NCBI RefSeq assembly: GCF_001194135.2
Contig: NC_068982.1
Location: 40,547,203 to 40,611,202 of the forward strand
Direction: 5' to 3'
Length of the DNA: 64,000 nt
Origin: Octopus bimaculoides
Lineage: Eukaryota
In this document: positions 1-13,666 of the stretch, one piece after another
Layout of the letters: every line of letters begins with the position of its first letter
Numbering within the stretch: the first letter of the stretch is position 1
Made by a program: the position numbers and the translations under genes
The notes under the pieces: generated by a model
The model's database searches: none
What the model was told of the DNA's origin: nothing
Seen by the model: only the letters and a program-made list of their open reading frames with translations

Positions 1-293
1 AGCGAAAACACTTAAAGCTCCACGAGACTCCGGCAGGGGATGGTGGTGAACCCTGCTGTACTCTTTCACCACAACTTTCTCTCACTCTTTCTTCCTGTTT
101 CTGTTGTGCCTGTAATTCAAAGGGTCGGCCTTGTCACACTGTGTGTCACGCTGAATATCCCCGAGAACTACGTCAAGGGTACACGTGTCTGTGGAGTGCT
201 CAGCCACTTGCACGTTAATTTCACGAGCAGGCTGTTCCGTTGGTCGGATCAACTGGAACCCTCGACGTTGTAAGCAACGGAGTGCCAACAATA
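1..293 (+). mobile_element. SINE family C, 5'-truncated by the window edge
   Basis: Near-identical to the copies at 62012-62375 (+) and 30205-30605 (-). Shares GTCTGTGGAGTGCTCAGCCACTTGCACGTTAAT and ends in a CAACAA tail. Confidence 0.85.
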
Positions 294-584
294 GATCGGA
301 GATCTAGCTTACTCCGCTTGATCCACTGTTGGGGTCTTAGCTTGGTGTGACGAGGGACAAGGACAGCGCTCCTGTGCCCTTGTTTGAACAGATCTTGTTT
401 TTAGTTCTGACGGATGCCATCACACACTTCTCCAAGATCCAACAAGCTGAACCAAGACAGGAGCCGGTTTAATTACTGACGACCCGACCATGACTGAGTA
501 GAGCGGGAGTACATGGCTGCCCTGTCTCCAAGAAAAGACCTCAGCGCAATAGTATGTATGTATATATGTATGTATATATTATGT

Positions 585-770
585 ACCTGTTGGTGTGCTT
601 ACGTCCCATTAACTAGCGGTTCAGCAAAAAGTGACCGATCGTATAAGTACTAGGCTTGGAAAACAATAAATACTGGGGTTAATTTGGTTGGGTAAACCCT
701 TCAAGGCGATGCGACCAGTATGGCCCCAGTCCAGTGACTGAAATAAATAAAAGATTAAAGATAGAAGATA
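585..770 (+). mobile_element. SINE family B, 3' half
   Basis: TACGTCCC..TAACTAGCGGTTC..AAAA..GACCGAT..TAAGTACTAGGCTT..GACTGAAA matches the 3' half of the copy at 51729-52160. Confidence 0.75.
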
Positions 771-774
771 TACA

Positions 775-805
<31 letters not shown>

Positions 806-827
806 GCATATACGTACATGTAGATAT

Positions 828-876
<49 letters not shown>

Positions 877-1237
877 AGTTTGCTCTTCGTGTGTAGGTGT
901 GTGCGTGTGTGTTTTCGAGACTATGCATTTTCGTTCAAACTTTATGAAACTTCGAAGTTACTATTAGCAATAATTGTTATGACTATCGGACTTCGTACTT
1001 GAGATATAAATCCGCCAAAGGTTCGCCGCTTTTATGCATATTAACTCACCCGTCACTTTTTTGTGTCTGTTTCTCCCGCCTCTCTCTCTCTCTCTCTTTG
1101 TCTTTCTCTATATAGATGTGGGTGCCGTGTACATGTATGTATGTGTGTATGTATGTATGTAAGTATGTATGTATGTATGTATGTATGCGTGTGTGTGTAT
1201 GTATGCATCTACGTATGTGTGTATGTATGTATGTATG

Positions 1238-1279
<42 letters not shown>

Positions 1280-2082
1280 TGTGTACAGTATGTATGTATA
1301 TATACATGCGTTTGTACAGTATGTGCTCGTAATATTTATTTTTGCCCATGCACTCACATATATGTGTGTATATGTGTTTCNNNNNNNNNNNNNNNNNNNN
1401 NNNNNNNNNNNNNNNNNNNNNNNNNNNNNNNNNNNNNNNNNNNNNNNNNNNNNNNNNNNNNNNNNNNNNNNNNNNNNNNNNNNNNNNNNNNNNNNNNNNN
1501 NNNNNNNNNNNNNNNNNNNNNNNNNNNNNNNNNNNNNNNNNNNNNNNNNNNNNNNNNNNNNNNNNNNNNNNNNNNNNNNNNNNNNNNNNNNNNNNNNNNN
1601 NNNNNNNNNNNNNNNNNNNNNNNNNNNNNNNNNNNNNNNNNNNNNNNNNNNNNNNNNNNNNNNNNNNNNNNNNNNNNNNNNNNNNNNNNNNNNNNNNNNN
1701 NNNNNNNNNNNNNNNNNNNNNNNNNNNNNNNNNNNNNNNNNNNNNNNNNNNNNNNNNNNNNNNNNNNNNNNNNNNNNNNNNNNNNNNNNNNNNNNNNNNN
1801 NNNNNNNNNNNNNNNNNNNNNNNNNNNNNNNNNNNNNNNNNNNNNNNNNNNNNNNNNNNNNNNNNNNNNNNNNNNNNNNNNNNNNNNNNNNNNNNNNNNN
1901 NNNNNNNNNNNNNNNNNNNNNNNNNNNNNNNNNNNNNNNNNNNNNNNNNNNNNNNNNNNNNNNNNNNNNNNNNNNNNNNNNNNNNNNNNNNNNNNNNNNN
2001 NNNNNNNNNNNNNNNNNNNNNNNNNNNNNNNNNNNNNNNNNNNNNNNNNNNNNNNNNNNNNNNNNNNNNNNNNNNNNNNNNG

Positions 2083-2874
2083 CATGAAGACATTTGGTAT
2101 TCCTCATACAAAATGAGAAAGGGGCAATTTTCATCCCAAACCATCAAGGAAAAGAGAAAAGACCACACTATGAAGCTTTTGAACAAACTCATGCTTCCCC
2201 TCCAACCGAACATTCTTTGGTTTTTCTCAGAAGAGAAAAGTTTCTGCCAGGATCAGATGTTGAACACACAGAACAACCACTGGCTTGCCGTGTCCCCAAA
2301 ACATGTACCGAGAATGACACGAATCAAACATCCAGTCAACATCATGTTGTTTGGAGTGATCACTAGTGATGGCGATGTTATGCCTCCATTCATCTTCCCA
2401 CACGGCCACAGACTCAAGAGAAGGCCTACATTAAGTGCCAGGAGGAGGTCGTGCTGCCCTGGGTCAAGAGGATATTTGCTGGAAGACCCTATGTCTGGCA
2501 ACAGGACTCCGCACCATGCCACCCAAAGAGGAGGAGAACCCAGTCATGGCTGTCAGACAATTTCTGTGACCACATCACCCTTAACATCTGGCCACCTATC
2601 TCCCCAGATATTAACTCCCTTGATTATTATGTGTGGGGCGCAGCTGAGCGAGAGACCAACAAAACGCCTTGTAACACCAAAGATGAGTTTCAGGGGATTC
2701 CGAAGTCGTCTGGAGGCCGTGTTTGAAGCCAATGGCGATTTTATTGAATAAATTTACTCTTTAGTATTTCATGATATTTTTATGTAATTTCGGTAAATAT
2801 ATCTCTTAAAATGAGATGTCAGTGTTATTTTCATTTTTGCGTAATTTAGACGACAATTTCTTTACCGTATCCTG
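2083..2874 (+). mobile_element. Decayed Tc1/mariner transposase, DD37D (maT)-like; 5' part lost in an N gap
   Basis: Motifs WFFSEEK (the first D is changed to E), QQDSAPCH and WPPISPDINSLDYYVWG. There are 38 residues between the 2nd and 3rd D, versus 37 in maT. Frameshift near 2420. Ends in a TIR-like ...CGTATCCTG followed by TA at 2875-2876. Confidence 0.85.
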
Positions 2875-3424
2875 TATATGTGTGTACANNNNNNNNNNNN
2901 NNNNNNNNNNNNNNNNNNNNNNNNNNNNNNNNNNNNNNNNNNNNNNNNNNNNNNNNNNNNNNNNNNNNNNNNNNNNNNNNNNNNNNNNNNNNNNNNNNNN
3001 NNNNNNNNNNNNNNNNNNNNNNNNNNNNNNNNNNNNNNNNNNNNNNNNNNNNNNNNNNNNNNNNNNNNNNNNNNNNNNNNNNNNNNNNNNNNNNNNNNNN
3101 NNNNNNNNNNNNNNNNNNNNNNNNNNNNNNNNNNNNNNNNNNNNNNNNNNNNNNNNNNNNNNNNNNNNNNNNNNNNNNNNNNNNNNNNNNNNNNNNNNNN
3201 NNNNNNNNNNNNNNNNNNNNNNNNNNNNNNNNNNNNNNNNNNNNNNNNNNNNNNNNNNNNNNNNNNNNNNNNNNNNNNNNNNNNNNNNNNNNNNNNNNNN
3301 NNNNNNNNNNNNNNNNNNNNNNNNNNNNNNNNNNNNNNNNNNNNNNNNNNNNNNNNNNNNNNNNNNNNNNNNNNNNNNTACATATATATATATATATATA
3401 TATATTTATATCTATAAGTAATTT

Positions 3425-3474
<50 letters not shown>

Positions 3475-4209
3475 TATATACATATATATATATACATACA
3501 TACATGCATACATACATGCATGCATACAAACACAGGATAAACATATATATAAATATATACACACTATATATTACATCTATGTATATTTTCATATGTGTTT
3601 TGCATGTATGTGCATGTGTGCGTGCGTGTGTGCGTAAGTGTGTGTGTGTGTGTGAGTGTGAGTGCGTGAGCAACCATTTCTCTCTCCGCTCTTACTCTCC
3701 CGCTCTTTCTCCGTCCCTCTTTCTCTGTCTCTCCCCCCCTCTCTCTCTCTCTCTGTTTCTACTTACTCTCTCGCTCTCTCTCTCTCTCTTTCTACGCTAC
3801 GCCTCCCTCTCAACTGCTAGCGTACATACACCTCGTTACACATCGATGCTACTACACTCTATCTGATTTGGTCATTAGTTTTTGAGTCTGAAGTTGCAGT
3901 CAACAGTCTGTCGCATCACAATTTACATACCTGTCGTCTCTTTACTAACATATTCCTGAGAGGCGCTCTGATTAGAAGTCGTTTGTCGTTCAAATGTAGC
4001 ATACAATAGCGACTAGTTACACTTATACATTCTGGCGGAATTTCTTTTATTCATTTTTCTTTTTGATTTTTGGTTTTTGTTTTTTTTTAGTCTTTTTTTT
4101 TTTGTTTTCTCTGGTTCCGTTTTTTTTTTGGTGGGCGGGTCTTTTTTTTTCTTTTTTGGCAATTTTGGCAATTTTGTGCATTCTTTACTACCGTCACATT
4201 TCCATATTG

Positions 4210-4431
4210 TTGTCGTCGTCCTCCTCGTCGTCGTCATCGTCATCATCGTTTTCATTGTCATTACTATCACCACCCCCATTATCATCGTCATCATAGTCGT
4301 CGTCGTCGTCGTTGTCATCATCAACATCATCATCATCATCATCATCATCGTCATCATCATCATCATCATCATCGTCGTCATCATCATTATCATCATCATC
4401 ATCATCATCATCATCGTTGTCGTCGTCGTCG

Positions 4432-4466
<35 letters not shown>

Positions 4467-4913
4467 GTCATCATCATCATCATCAACATCGTCGTCGTCG
4501 TCATCATCCTCATCATCGTCGTCATCGTCATCATCAACATCATCGTCGTCGTCGTCGTCATCATCATCATCATCATCATCGTTATCATGACTGTCGGCAA
4601 CATCATTTTCATTAGCATTAGCAGCAGCAGCAGCAGCGACAACACTGTCACATCATCAATATCGTCGTCGTTGTCGTCATCACGATAATCATCATCATCG
4701 TCGCCAACATCACCTTCATCCTCATCCTCATCATCATCATCAACATCAACTTCATCATCCTCATCATCATCATCATCATCATTATCATCATCATTGTCAT
4801 TGTCGCCATCATCATCACGGTCACCATCATCATCATCTGCTGTTGCTGCTACTTCTGTTGCTGCACAAACAGCAACAGTGTCAGTATTATTATCACCATT
4901 ACCATCATCATCA

Positions 4914-4944
<31 letters not shown>

Positions 4945-5650
4945 CATCATCAAGGGCAGCAACATCAACATCATCACTATCGCAACAGCAGCAGCAGCAG
5001 CAGCAGCGCCCTCGCCAACGCCACCATCATAAATAACCACAAATATCGAGCCAGCGAGAATAACCTCAACGCAGTCATTCGATCTGTTAGAAAGAGCAGC
5101 AAAAATCTCCGCTCAAATTACACCGTGTACCGTCTTTAATATACAGATACGTTAGACATTCTATGAAAAGATGGGAAAGTTACAGATAGACTGACCTGCG
5201 GTTCAACAACAACAACATCACAAGAACCTCGATATTTATTCAACACCGCCATCGCCGTATACACGTTCGTCCTTTGATCCTACAAAACCATATCATCAAC
5301 ACCACCACCATCATTCATCACCATCATCATCAACATCATCATCATCAATTTCACCATCATCGTCATCATCATCGTCATCAACATTACCATCTTCATTGTC
5401 ATCATCATCGTCGTTGCCTTCATCATCATCGTCGTCGTCGTCATCATCATCATTATCATCATCATCGCCATCTTCATCGTCATCATCATCATCGCCATCA
5501 TCATCGTCATCATCATCATCATCATCATCATCACCATCATCATTATCATCATCATCATCATCATCATCGTCGTCGTCGTCATCATCATCATCATCGTCAT
5601 CATCATCATCATCATCATCCTCATCATCGTCATCATCATTATCATCATCG

Positions 5651-5694
<44 letters not shown>

Positions 5695-6600
5695 GTCGTC
5701 GTCATCATCATCATTGTCAACAACAGCAACAACAACAAAAATAGGAAACACCTTCAAGCATCAACACCGACATTACTATCTCATTTTTATTTATCTTTTT
5801 CTACAATTCATCATCATTATTATCATCATCATCATCATCATCATCACCATCCTCTTCTTTCTCCTATTTCTCATCATCATCATCATCATCGTCGTCGTCG
5901 CCATCATCACGTTCCACGACAAAGGTAACAACATGAAAAAACAACGACAAATCATCGATACCGCCTACACCAATATTGCGTTCGTGTTCCTCATTATCAA
6001 ACTCATATTTAACATGGCAACCATCATCATCGTCATCATCGTCATCGTCATCATGGTCATTGTCATCATGATCATTTTCACGATAAGCATCATCGTCGTC
6101 ATTATCATCATCATCATCATCATCACTACCATCATTATCATCATCGTCATCAACATCATCACAATCATCATCATCAACAACAATAATAACACCATCATAA
6201 TCGTCATCTTCACCATCACCATCATCGTCGTCGTAATCATCATTATCACCACCGTTACCACCACCACCGTCATCTTTATCACCATCATCATCATCATCAT
6301 CACCATCATCATCGTCACCACAATCAACTACCACAACGATAACATCATCATCATCATCGTCGCCATCATCATCATCGTCGTAGTCCTCTTCACCATCATC
6401 AGCACCAGCATCGTAGACTTACACAAACCTCATTACTACATTCCTCAGCTGCAAATCAGCCACCGCCACCGACACCACCACCATCTCTTCTGTCATCATC
6501 ATCATCACCAACATCATCGCCATCATCATCATTATCATCATCATCGTCATCATCATCATCACCATCACCACAAACACCAACACCACCGCCACCAGTGCTC
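4210..6600. repeat. Long degenerate (CAT/CGT/CAC)n trinucleotide field
   Basis: Directly visible. It generates the poly-S/H/I/M/D ORFs on both strands. Confidence 0.95.
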
Positions 6601-7896
6601 TTCCTCCACAATGCGACATTTATGACGGCTTGGTTGATGTTTGTTATTGGAATTATTATTTTTGCTGTTCGATTTGTATATGCAGTGCGCGCGAGCGAGC
6701 GCGTGTGTGTATGCGTTCATGTGTGTTTGTGTGTGCGTGTGCGCGTGAGTGTTTTATTCCTCATTCAAAAACGTTAAGAGAATGTTTAACCTAAATAAAC
6801 GCCGGTCATATATTCACATAATGTTGTAGTTGAGTTTTGTATATTTTGTGTGTTCNNNNNNNNNNNNNNNNNNNNNNNNNNNNNNNNNNNNNNNNNNNNN
6901 NNNNNNNNNNNNNNNNNNNNNNNNNNNNNNNNNNNNNNNNNNNNNNNNNNNNNNNNNNNNNNNNNNNNNNNNNNNNNNNNNNNNNNNNNNNNNNNNNNNN
7001 NNNNNNNNNNNNNNNNNNNNNNNNNNNNNNNNNNNNNNNNNNNNNNNNNNNNNNNNNNNNNNNNNNNNNNNNNNNNNNNNNNNNNNNNNNNNNNNNNNNN
7101 NNNNNNNNNNNNNNNNNNNNNNNNNNNNNNNNNNNNNNNNNNNNNNNNNNNNNNNNNNNNNNNNNNNNNNNNNNNNNNNNNNNNNNNNNNNNNNNNNNNN
7201 NNNNNNNNNNNNNNNNNNNNNNNNNNNNNNNNNNNNNNNNNNNNNNNNNNNNNNNNNNNNNNNNNNNNNNNTATATATATAAAGATATATAAGTATATAC
7301 AAAATATATATATATACATTATATATATATATACATACATATATATATATAAATATATATAACATATATATATATGCATATATATTTATTCATACTTATC
7401 TCTGTGTGTGCGTGTGTGTGTATGTGTGTGTGTGTGCGTGTGTGTGCGTGTGTGTGTGTGTGTGTTCTGATGTCTCCTCATATGTATGAGCATATGTATG
7501 AAACGTCGATATTCTGTATCTACTGGGAAATGTCCACAGTAAACAATTGCAACCCATAAAAAAACCCACCAGGCTATCATTTAGATCAGCGTTGTGCGCG
7601 TTGTATATGTATAACTGTTTCTCTTATACGGTGTGTGCGTGATTGCGAGAGTTTGGCGTACAAACGTGTATGTGTTTCTGTGTTCGTGCATCTGTGTTTG
7701 TATGTATGTATGTATGTGTATATATATATGTTATATGTGTGTGTATGCATATACATATATAATATATATATATATATGTAACATATATATATATATATAT
7801 ATATATATGAAAGAATATTTACATATATAATTATGATTCAAACGTTTTGACGATTGAACTTTATAAATCAGACAGACTGGTGGACAAATACAATCA

Positions 7897-7922
7897 TTAA
7901 TAGATAGATAGATAGATAGATT

Positions 7923-7978
<56 letters not shown>
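7897..7978. repeat. (TAGA)n microsatellite; further arrays near 39843-40033, 42000-42066, 44560-44642 and 56575-56667
   Basis: Directly visible. Confidence 0.95.
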
Positions 7979-8621
7979 CTAGTATACTTGGATTCCGTTT
8001 TATCTTAAAGTTAGCTCAGTTTCCATTATACGTAGAAAGTGTTAGTCCTCCAAAATGAATATAAAACTGGGTACTCCAATCATTGAATGATTAATGGCAT
8101 GTTTGGCAACTGTAATAACTCTTGAAGGACGATCCAGCACAACGATCCAACACAACGATCCAACACGTAAGACTCCCCATGGTCACTCACTCTGCTATAA
8201 ACAACTCGAATTATATTGTTTTTCTTTTTTTTCTTCTTAAAAGAAAGAAATATTGGTTAATACAACTCTAGATATATTATATGCAATGAGATAAAAAATA
8301 AAGATGAGTTACCCAAATATGAATGCTTTTAATGATAGATTTCCCGAATTAGGTATGTTACATGACAAAACAACAATGATGATATCTCTTGAATTACATA
8401 CGTCTGTCACTTTTACAAGTAATTTAGGTTTAACTTCAACTCAGGTTTTATTGCGTAAAGTTCGTACTAAAACTACTCTTGGATTGTAAGCATAATGGCA
8501 CGATAATAAATTCAGTGCAATGGTGTTTATAAGCAACAAAAATTTAATGCATATTATTAGTAAATACGAATTTGTTTTCCTTCAATGTCGTCAGAATAGC
8601 CTTGTTAGTATCTCTCTTAAA

Positions 8622-9062
8622 GCAGAATCATAAGCACGCCAGGTAAAATGCTTAGCGGCATTTCGTCCGATTTTACGTTCGGTGTTCAAATTCCACCGAA
8701 GTCTACTTTGCCTTTCATCCTTTCGTGGTCAATAAAATATGTACCAGTTGAGAACTGGGATCGATGTAATCAATTTATCCCCGAACTTGCTGACCTTGTG
8801 CCAAAATTTGAAACCAGCATCTCTCCTAAGGTGGCATGCTTGGAAAATCGTTAGAGCGTCGTAAAGAATGGTTTTGTTTTGTTTTGTTTTTTCAGTATTT
8901 CTTCTGGTTCTTTACGTTTTAAGTTCAAATTCCGCGGAGGTCAGCTTTGCCGTTTCATCCTATTGTAGTCGTTAAAATAAAGTACTAGTCAAGTACTGGA
9001 TTCAACGGAATCGACTAACCCCTTCCTCGAAAATTGTTAGCCTTGTCTAAATCAAAAATCAT
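8622..9062 (+). mobile_element. Two adjacent diverged SINE family A copies
   Basis: GCAGAATC.TTAGCACGCC..AAATGCTTAGCGG..GTTCAAATTCCGCCGAGGTCGACTTTGCCTTTCATCC pattern, with B-box-like GTTCAAATTCC. Confidence 0.8.
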
Positions 9063-10104
9063 TAATACCTCTCCTACTTACACATCCTAATACTCTCTTT
9101 TTCTCCAATTTTCTGTAGAGAAATAATTCTAAACAAACTGTAATCTTGCAACAAAACAAAATATAAACGTACCTCAACTTACGCTAGTAACTGGTTCCAA
9201 GACATTCGACTTAATTCGAAAAACGTCGTATCACAAAAAAATAATTTTTAATAATTCATTAACTTATATCTGTTTTAACAGATGGTTTGTGCATATTTTT
9301 TACATGTAATTTTATTTGATTTTCGACTTCAGTATTTGTTTTTAGCTTTTTTGTTTTGTTTTAATTTTACACCTTTAAATATGTTCGCTGAGACCGATGT
9401 AATGTCTTTAATAGAAGAAATCCGACGTGAAGTCGAAAAAACACGTAACTCGAAATGATGTAAGTTGAACCTGCACTTCCAACAAATAATTTTCAATCAG
9501 TTATAATATTCACCCAATAATCGATTTCATATCTACCTTAGGTAACATCTAGATTTCACGTTCTGTCCATGTTTAGAAATAAACATCCAGCAATCAGTAT
9601 TTCAGCAGCTATCAATAGATTAACGGGAGAACATATTAATCATGACAAATATACTTCACTTTCTACTGACATAATTCATTTATCTAATCACAAATGTTTG
9701 AAGGGAAGAGCATATATTTTAATTTTATCGACGATTCTGTCATCTCCTTGAGATTGAAAACTTAGTAAATATGATTTTAACGCTTTAAGCAAACCACATA
9801 AATAAACAATAAGATAAAGAAAAATAACATTGTTCTAAAACCATGATAGGGAAGATATCAAATAAAGTACTCAATCCATTAATGCTATGTGTTGGTTTGT
9901 TTGCAAGTCAATGAAACAACAGGCTGTTATGGTGGAGCTACGGATCCGGTAACCTGAAGCCTAAAGGAGACGGCTCCTGTTAGGCGCCTGCGAAATCGCA
10001 TAAAATTGCTTTAAATAATACATGTAAGCCCTACGAAATGTATTGGGGGTTCTTTTCTTTTGTTTGTCCACTTACTCATGTGTGTGTCTGTGTGTGTGTG
10101 TGTA

Positions 10105-10262
10105 TCAGTGACGTAAGTAGCTTGCTTATCGACCACAAGGTTCTGGGTTCAGTCCCACTGCGTGGTACATTGAGCAAGTGTCTTCTACTATAGCCTCGGG
10201 CCGACCAAAGCCTTGTGAGTGGATTTGGTAAACGAAAACTGAAAGAAGCCCGTCGTATATAT
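10105..10262 (+). mobile_element. SINE family B 5' half, running into an N gap
   Basis: GGGTTCAGTCCCACTGCGTGG..GCAAGTGTCTTCTACTATAGCCTCGGGCCGACCAAAGCC, then (TA)n and the gap. Confidence 0.85.
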
Positions 10263-11227
10263 NNNNNNNNNNNNNNNNNNNNNNNNNNNNNNNNNNNNNN
10301 NNNNNNNNNNNNNNNNNNNNNNNNNNNNNNNNNNNNNNNNNNNNNNNNNNNNNNNNNNNNNNNNNNNNNNNNNNNNNNNNNNNNNNNNNNNNNNNNNNNN
10401 NNNNNNNNNNNNNNNNNNNNNNNNNNNNNNNNNNNNNNNNNNNNNNNNNNNNNNNNNNNNNNNNNNNNNNNNNNNNNNNNNNNNNNNNNNNNNNNNNNNN
10501 NNNNNNNNNNNNNNNNNNNNNNNNNNNNNNNNNNNNNNNNNNNNNNNNNNNNNNNNNNNNNNNNNNNNAACGAATATATAACGATAGCGCGTTGAGCTGA
10601 ATATTTTGGTGTGTTAAGAAATGTTCGTTCACGTTCTGATTTCAAAAGCCTGTTGTGACTGACTTTTTTTCTTTTATCCCTTCAGATTGAATAATATAGT
10701 TACTAGACATGTAATGGGATCAATTTAATCAACATCACGTCTTTTGCACAATTACGTGACCTTATGCTAATGCGAGAAATCCATACGGCCAGGTTTTTAA
10801 CACAATTATAAGCTAATATCAGACGCTAGACTTGAGATGTTAAGAAATATTAGTGGTATGAAAGAAATGATTGATAATGGCAGATTTCTCAGACAGCAAT
10901 TTTGCGACGCGTAAACTGCTTCCTTCTCGTTCTGGATGTCACTAATCGAATATAGAAAATCAAAAGTACATATCGAATTTGCAAACTCCTTTATAAACCA
11001 AATATTTCCGAACCTCTCCAGATCAAACAGATGACTATGTATCTTCAGTCGAAGTTCTAATAGATAGAATATATAACAAATTCTTTCTCCTTACTAACTC
11101 TGCAAAGCATTAGAAAATATAAACAGCTTATCGTTTAGAATCTGTGAACAGATTCTTCTCCTAATCAGAGTATATTCTTTTAGTCTTCTACTCGTTTCAA
11201 TCAATATGTAGGAGCCTCCAAGGCTTT

Positions 11228-11838
11228 GTGCTGGCAGAAACGTTAGCACGCCGTGCGAAATGCTTAGCGGTGTTTCGCCTGCCTTTACGTTCTGAGTTCA
11301 AATTCCGCCGAGGTCGACTTTTCCTTTCATCGATAAATTAAATACCAGTTGCGTACTGGGGTCGGTCTAATCAACTGGACCCCTCCCCCGAAATCTCGGG
11401 CCTTGTGCCTAGAGTAGAAAAGAATCGTTAGTACGCCGGGTAAAATGCTTAATGACATTTCGTTCGTCTTTCTGTTCTAAGTTCAAAGTCCGCCGAGGTC
11501 GACTTTGCCTTCCATTCTTTCGGGGTCGATAAATTAAGTACCAGTGAAACACTAGAGTCGATGTAATCGACTTATCTCCTCCCCCAAACTTTTGGGCCTT
11601 GTGCCTCTAGTAGAAAGGATTTTTATTAAAGCGAACTGGCAGAATCTTTAGCACGCCGAGCAAAATGCTTAGAGGCATTTCGTCCGTCTTTACGTTCTGA
11701 GTTCAAATTCCGCCAAGATCTACTTTGCCTTTCGTCCTTTCGGTATCGATAAATTAAGTACTAGTTGAGTTATTGGGGTCGATGCAATCGACTTACTCCT
11801 CCCCCGAACTTGCTGGTCTTGCACCGAAATTTGAAACC
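11228..11838 (+). mobile_element. Three head-to-tail SINE family A copies
   Basis: Three successive ~200 bp units, each with TTAGCACGCCG..GTTCAAA..CGCCGAGGTCGACTTT..GGGGTCGAT. Confidence 0.85.
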
Positions 11839-11904
11839 TCCGTAAGACCAACGTGGATCATAACATACCTCTGTACATGGATGCGCAGGACTGGACGAGA
11901 TTGG

Positions 11905-12245
11905 CTCTGCCGTTAAGAAGCTCGTTAGTCAACCACGTGATTCTGAGTTCAGTCCCATTGTGCAGTACTTTGGGCAAGTATCATCTATCATAGCCTCAGA
12001 CCGTGAGTGAAATTGGGAAAGAGAAACTACGAGGAAGCCTGTTGTATATTTTAATATATGTGTGTTCATATGTCTTTGTGTCTATATTTGTCCCACACGA
12101 TTGACATCCGGTGTCTGTCTGTTTACGTCCCCGTAATCTAGTGATTCGGCGAAAAGAGATCGATAGAATAAATATCAGATTTAAGTACTTGGGTCGACCT
12201 TCAAGGCGGTACGCAGGGTGGTCGCAGTCTGTCAGAAGTTTGTTC
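11905..12245 (+). mobile_element. Diverged SINE family B copy
   Basis: GAGTTCAGTCCCATTGTGCAGTACTTTGGGCAAG..TTTACGTCCCCGTAA.. Confidence 0.7.
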
Positions 12246-12764
12246 ATGAGGAACTGACTTGGGGCTAAGCAAAAAAAATAAAAATAACAGCTACCACTGT
12301 AGCAACAGTAGCGACAACATGAACAACAAGTTGCAAATGTACCGTGCCAGAGATAACCACTGTATTTGAAATGTAAATGGCGAAAAATTTTTCACAGCAG
12401 TAACTGCGTTAAATTGTGTCTGTCATTAATAATGTATCTTGCAAAATTACAATAACTCATCGGTGTTCCAACAACTAAGTATATTTACAGTGTGTGTGTG
12501 GGGGGGGGGGGGTATGTGTGTGTGCGTGTGTGTGTTTGTGTGCGTGTGCGTGTGTGTGTGTGTGTGTGTATTTGTGCACGTGTAACGCAACGAATCTTGC
12601 ATTACCAAATATATCTCTTCTTTCATCTATTTACTAATCTCTGATATAATTGATTCTCTTCAGAATTCAGTATTCAGAAATTATCTACGAGCAGATATAT
12701 CTTTGCTGCTAGAAAAGTTTTCGTCTATATCACACATTTTGGTTTGATAATGTTCGAGAGTATC

Positions 12765-12804
<40 letters not shown>

Positions 12805-13666
12805 TAAATACACACATATACACACACGCACACACGTTGTTTGCGTGTGCGTTCGCGTGCTTTTGATTTTAAAGAGATAAAATATATTCAATACAAAAGT
12901 AGAGTATAAACATCTATTGTGTTTCGAGATTACTCTCTTTTAGCGCTCCATTTTTTGCATACCCCTCTTATATGTAGTACTGAGTTTGTGTTACTGCGTT
13001 CACAACAATACTACGAATAATGCAAGAAAACAGTTTAACACATCAACCTCGGTAGATAGTTGATATATAACGTCACAGCGCTGTTAATCTGAATTCCATG
13101 TCCTTCTACATGGACGTGTCTGAGATAGTGTCGACTGAGGGAACGGTTACCTCAGTCGGCGTTTATAAGTGGGCTTCAGCTTGTTGTACTAGCTTTCAGT
13201 TTCTTTTGTGTAGGGGTTAGAGTTAAGATTAGGATATTCTACGAGCTTTCGGTTTTCAAGTTTTTATTTGGATTCGAGAACTCTGCTGATGCTCTAAAGG
13301 GTAAACTTGTTTTCGAGCAGGCACTTACAAATTAACTCAGCTCTTTTAAGTTGTTTGTTGTCTAGGTGAAGATGAATTGTTTTTCCCCATTACGGAGGTC
13401 ACACGAATTTCAACAATGGGTGTGCTTGTTACAGAAATATAATATAGATCAACCGCGTGATATTAAACTTATTAATGTTGAGAAGTGCCATAAGGGACTT
13501 GAAAATCGTGTCCTCTTACTTATATTTGTATCTCAAAAACTTGGTTTATCGTATATGTAACTGTTCTTGAAACTGCCTTCACACATTCTGCTTTTTATCT
13601 AAGATATTATATGTCCCTGGGGGCCAGTGATTCAGCTTTGCCTAAAAGTATCCTAGCGTACCTGTA

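Noticed and set aside
40-291. ORFs of 60-140 aa recurring at 40, 30108 and 62133, and within SINE A/B copies
   Set aside because: They lie inside SINE bodies; their recurrence reflects the repeat, not a gene family.
1046-3866. Long ORFs spanning N runs (also around 14219, 32839, 38826, 42538 and 54608)
   Set aside because: They are open only because N codons contain no stops; the flanks are microsatellite translations.
4013-6625. Poly-Ser/His/Asp/Met/Ile ORFs up to 409 aa
   Set aside because: They are by-products of CAT/CGT repeats, open in most frames on both strands, with no splice or domain evidence.
8129-8167. CRISPR-like or functional short repeats (13 bp x3 here, 18 bp x3 near 37583)
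   Set aside because: They are plain tandem repeats without spacers, in eukaryotic DNA with no cas genes.
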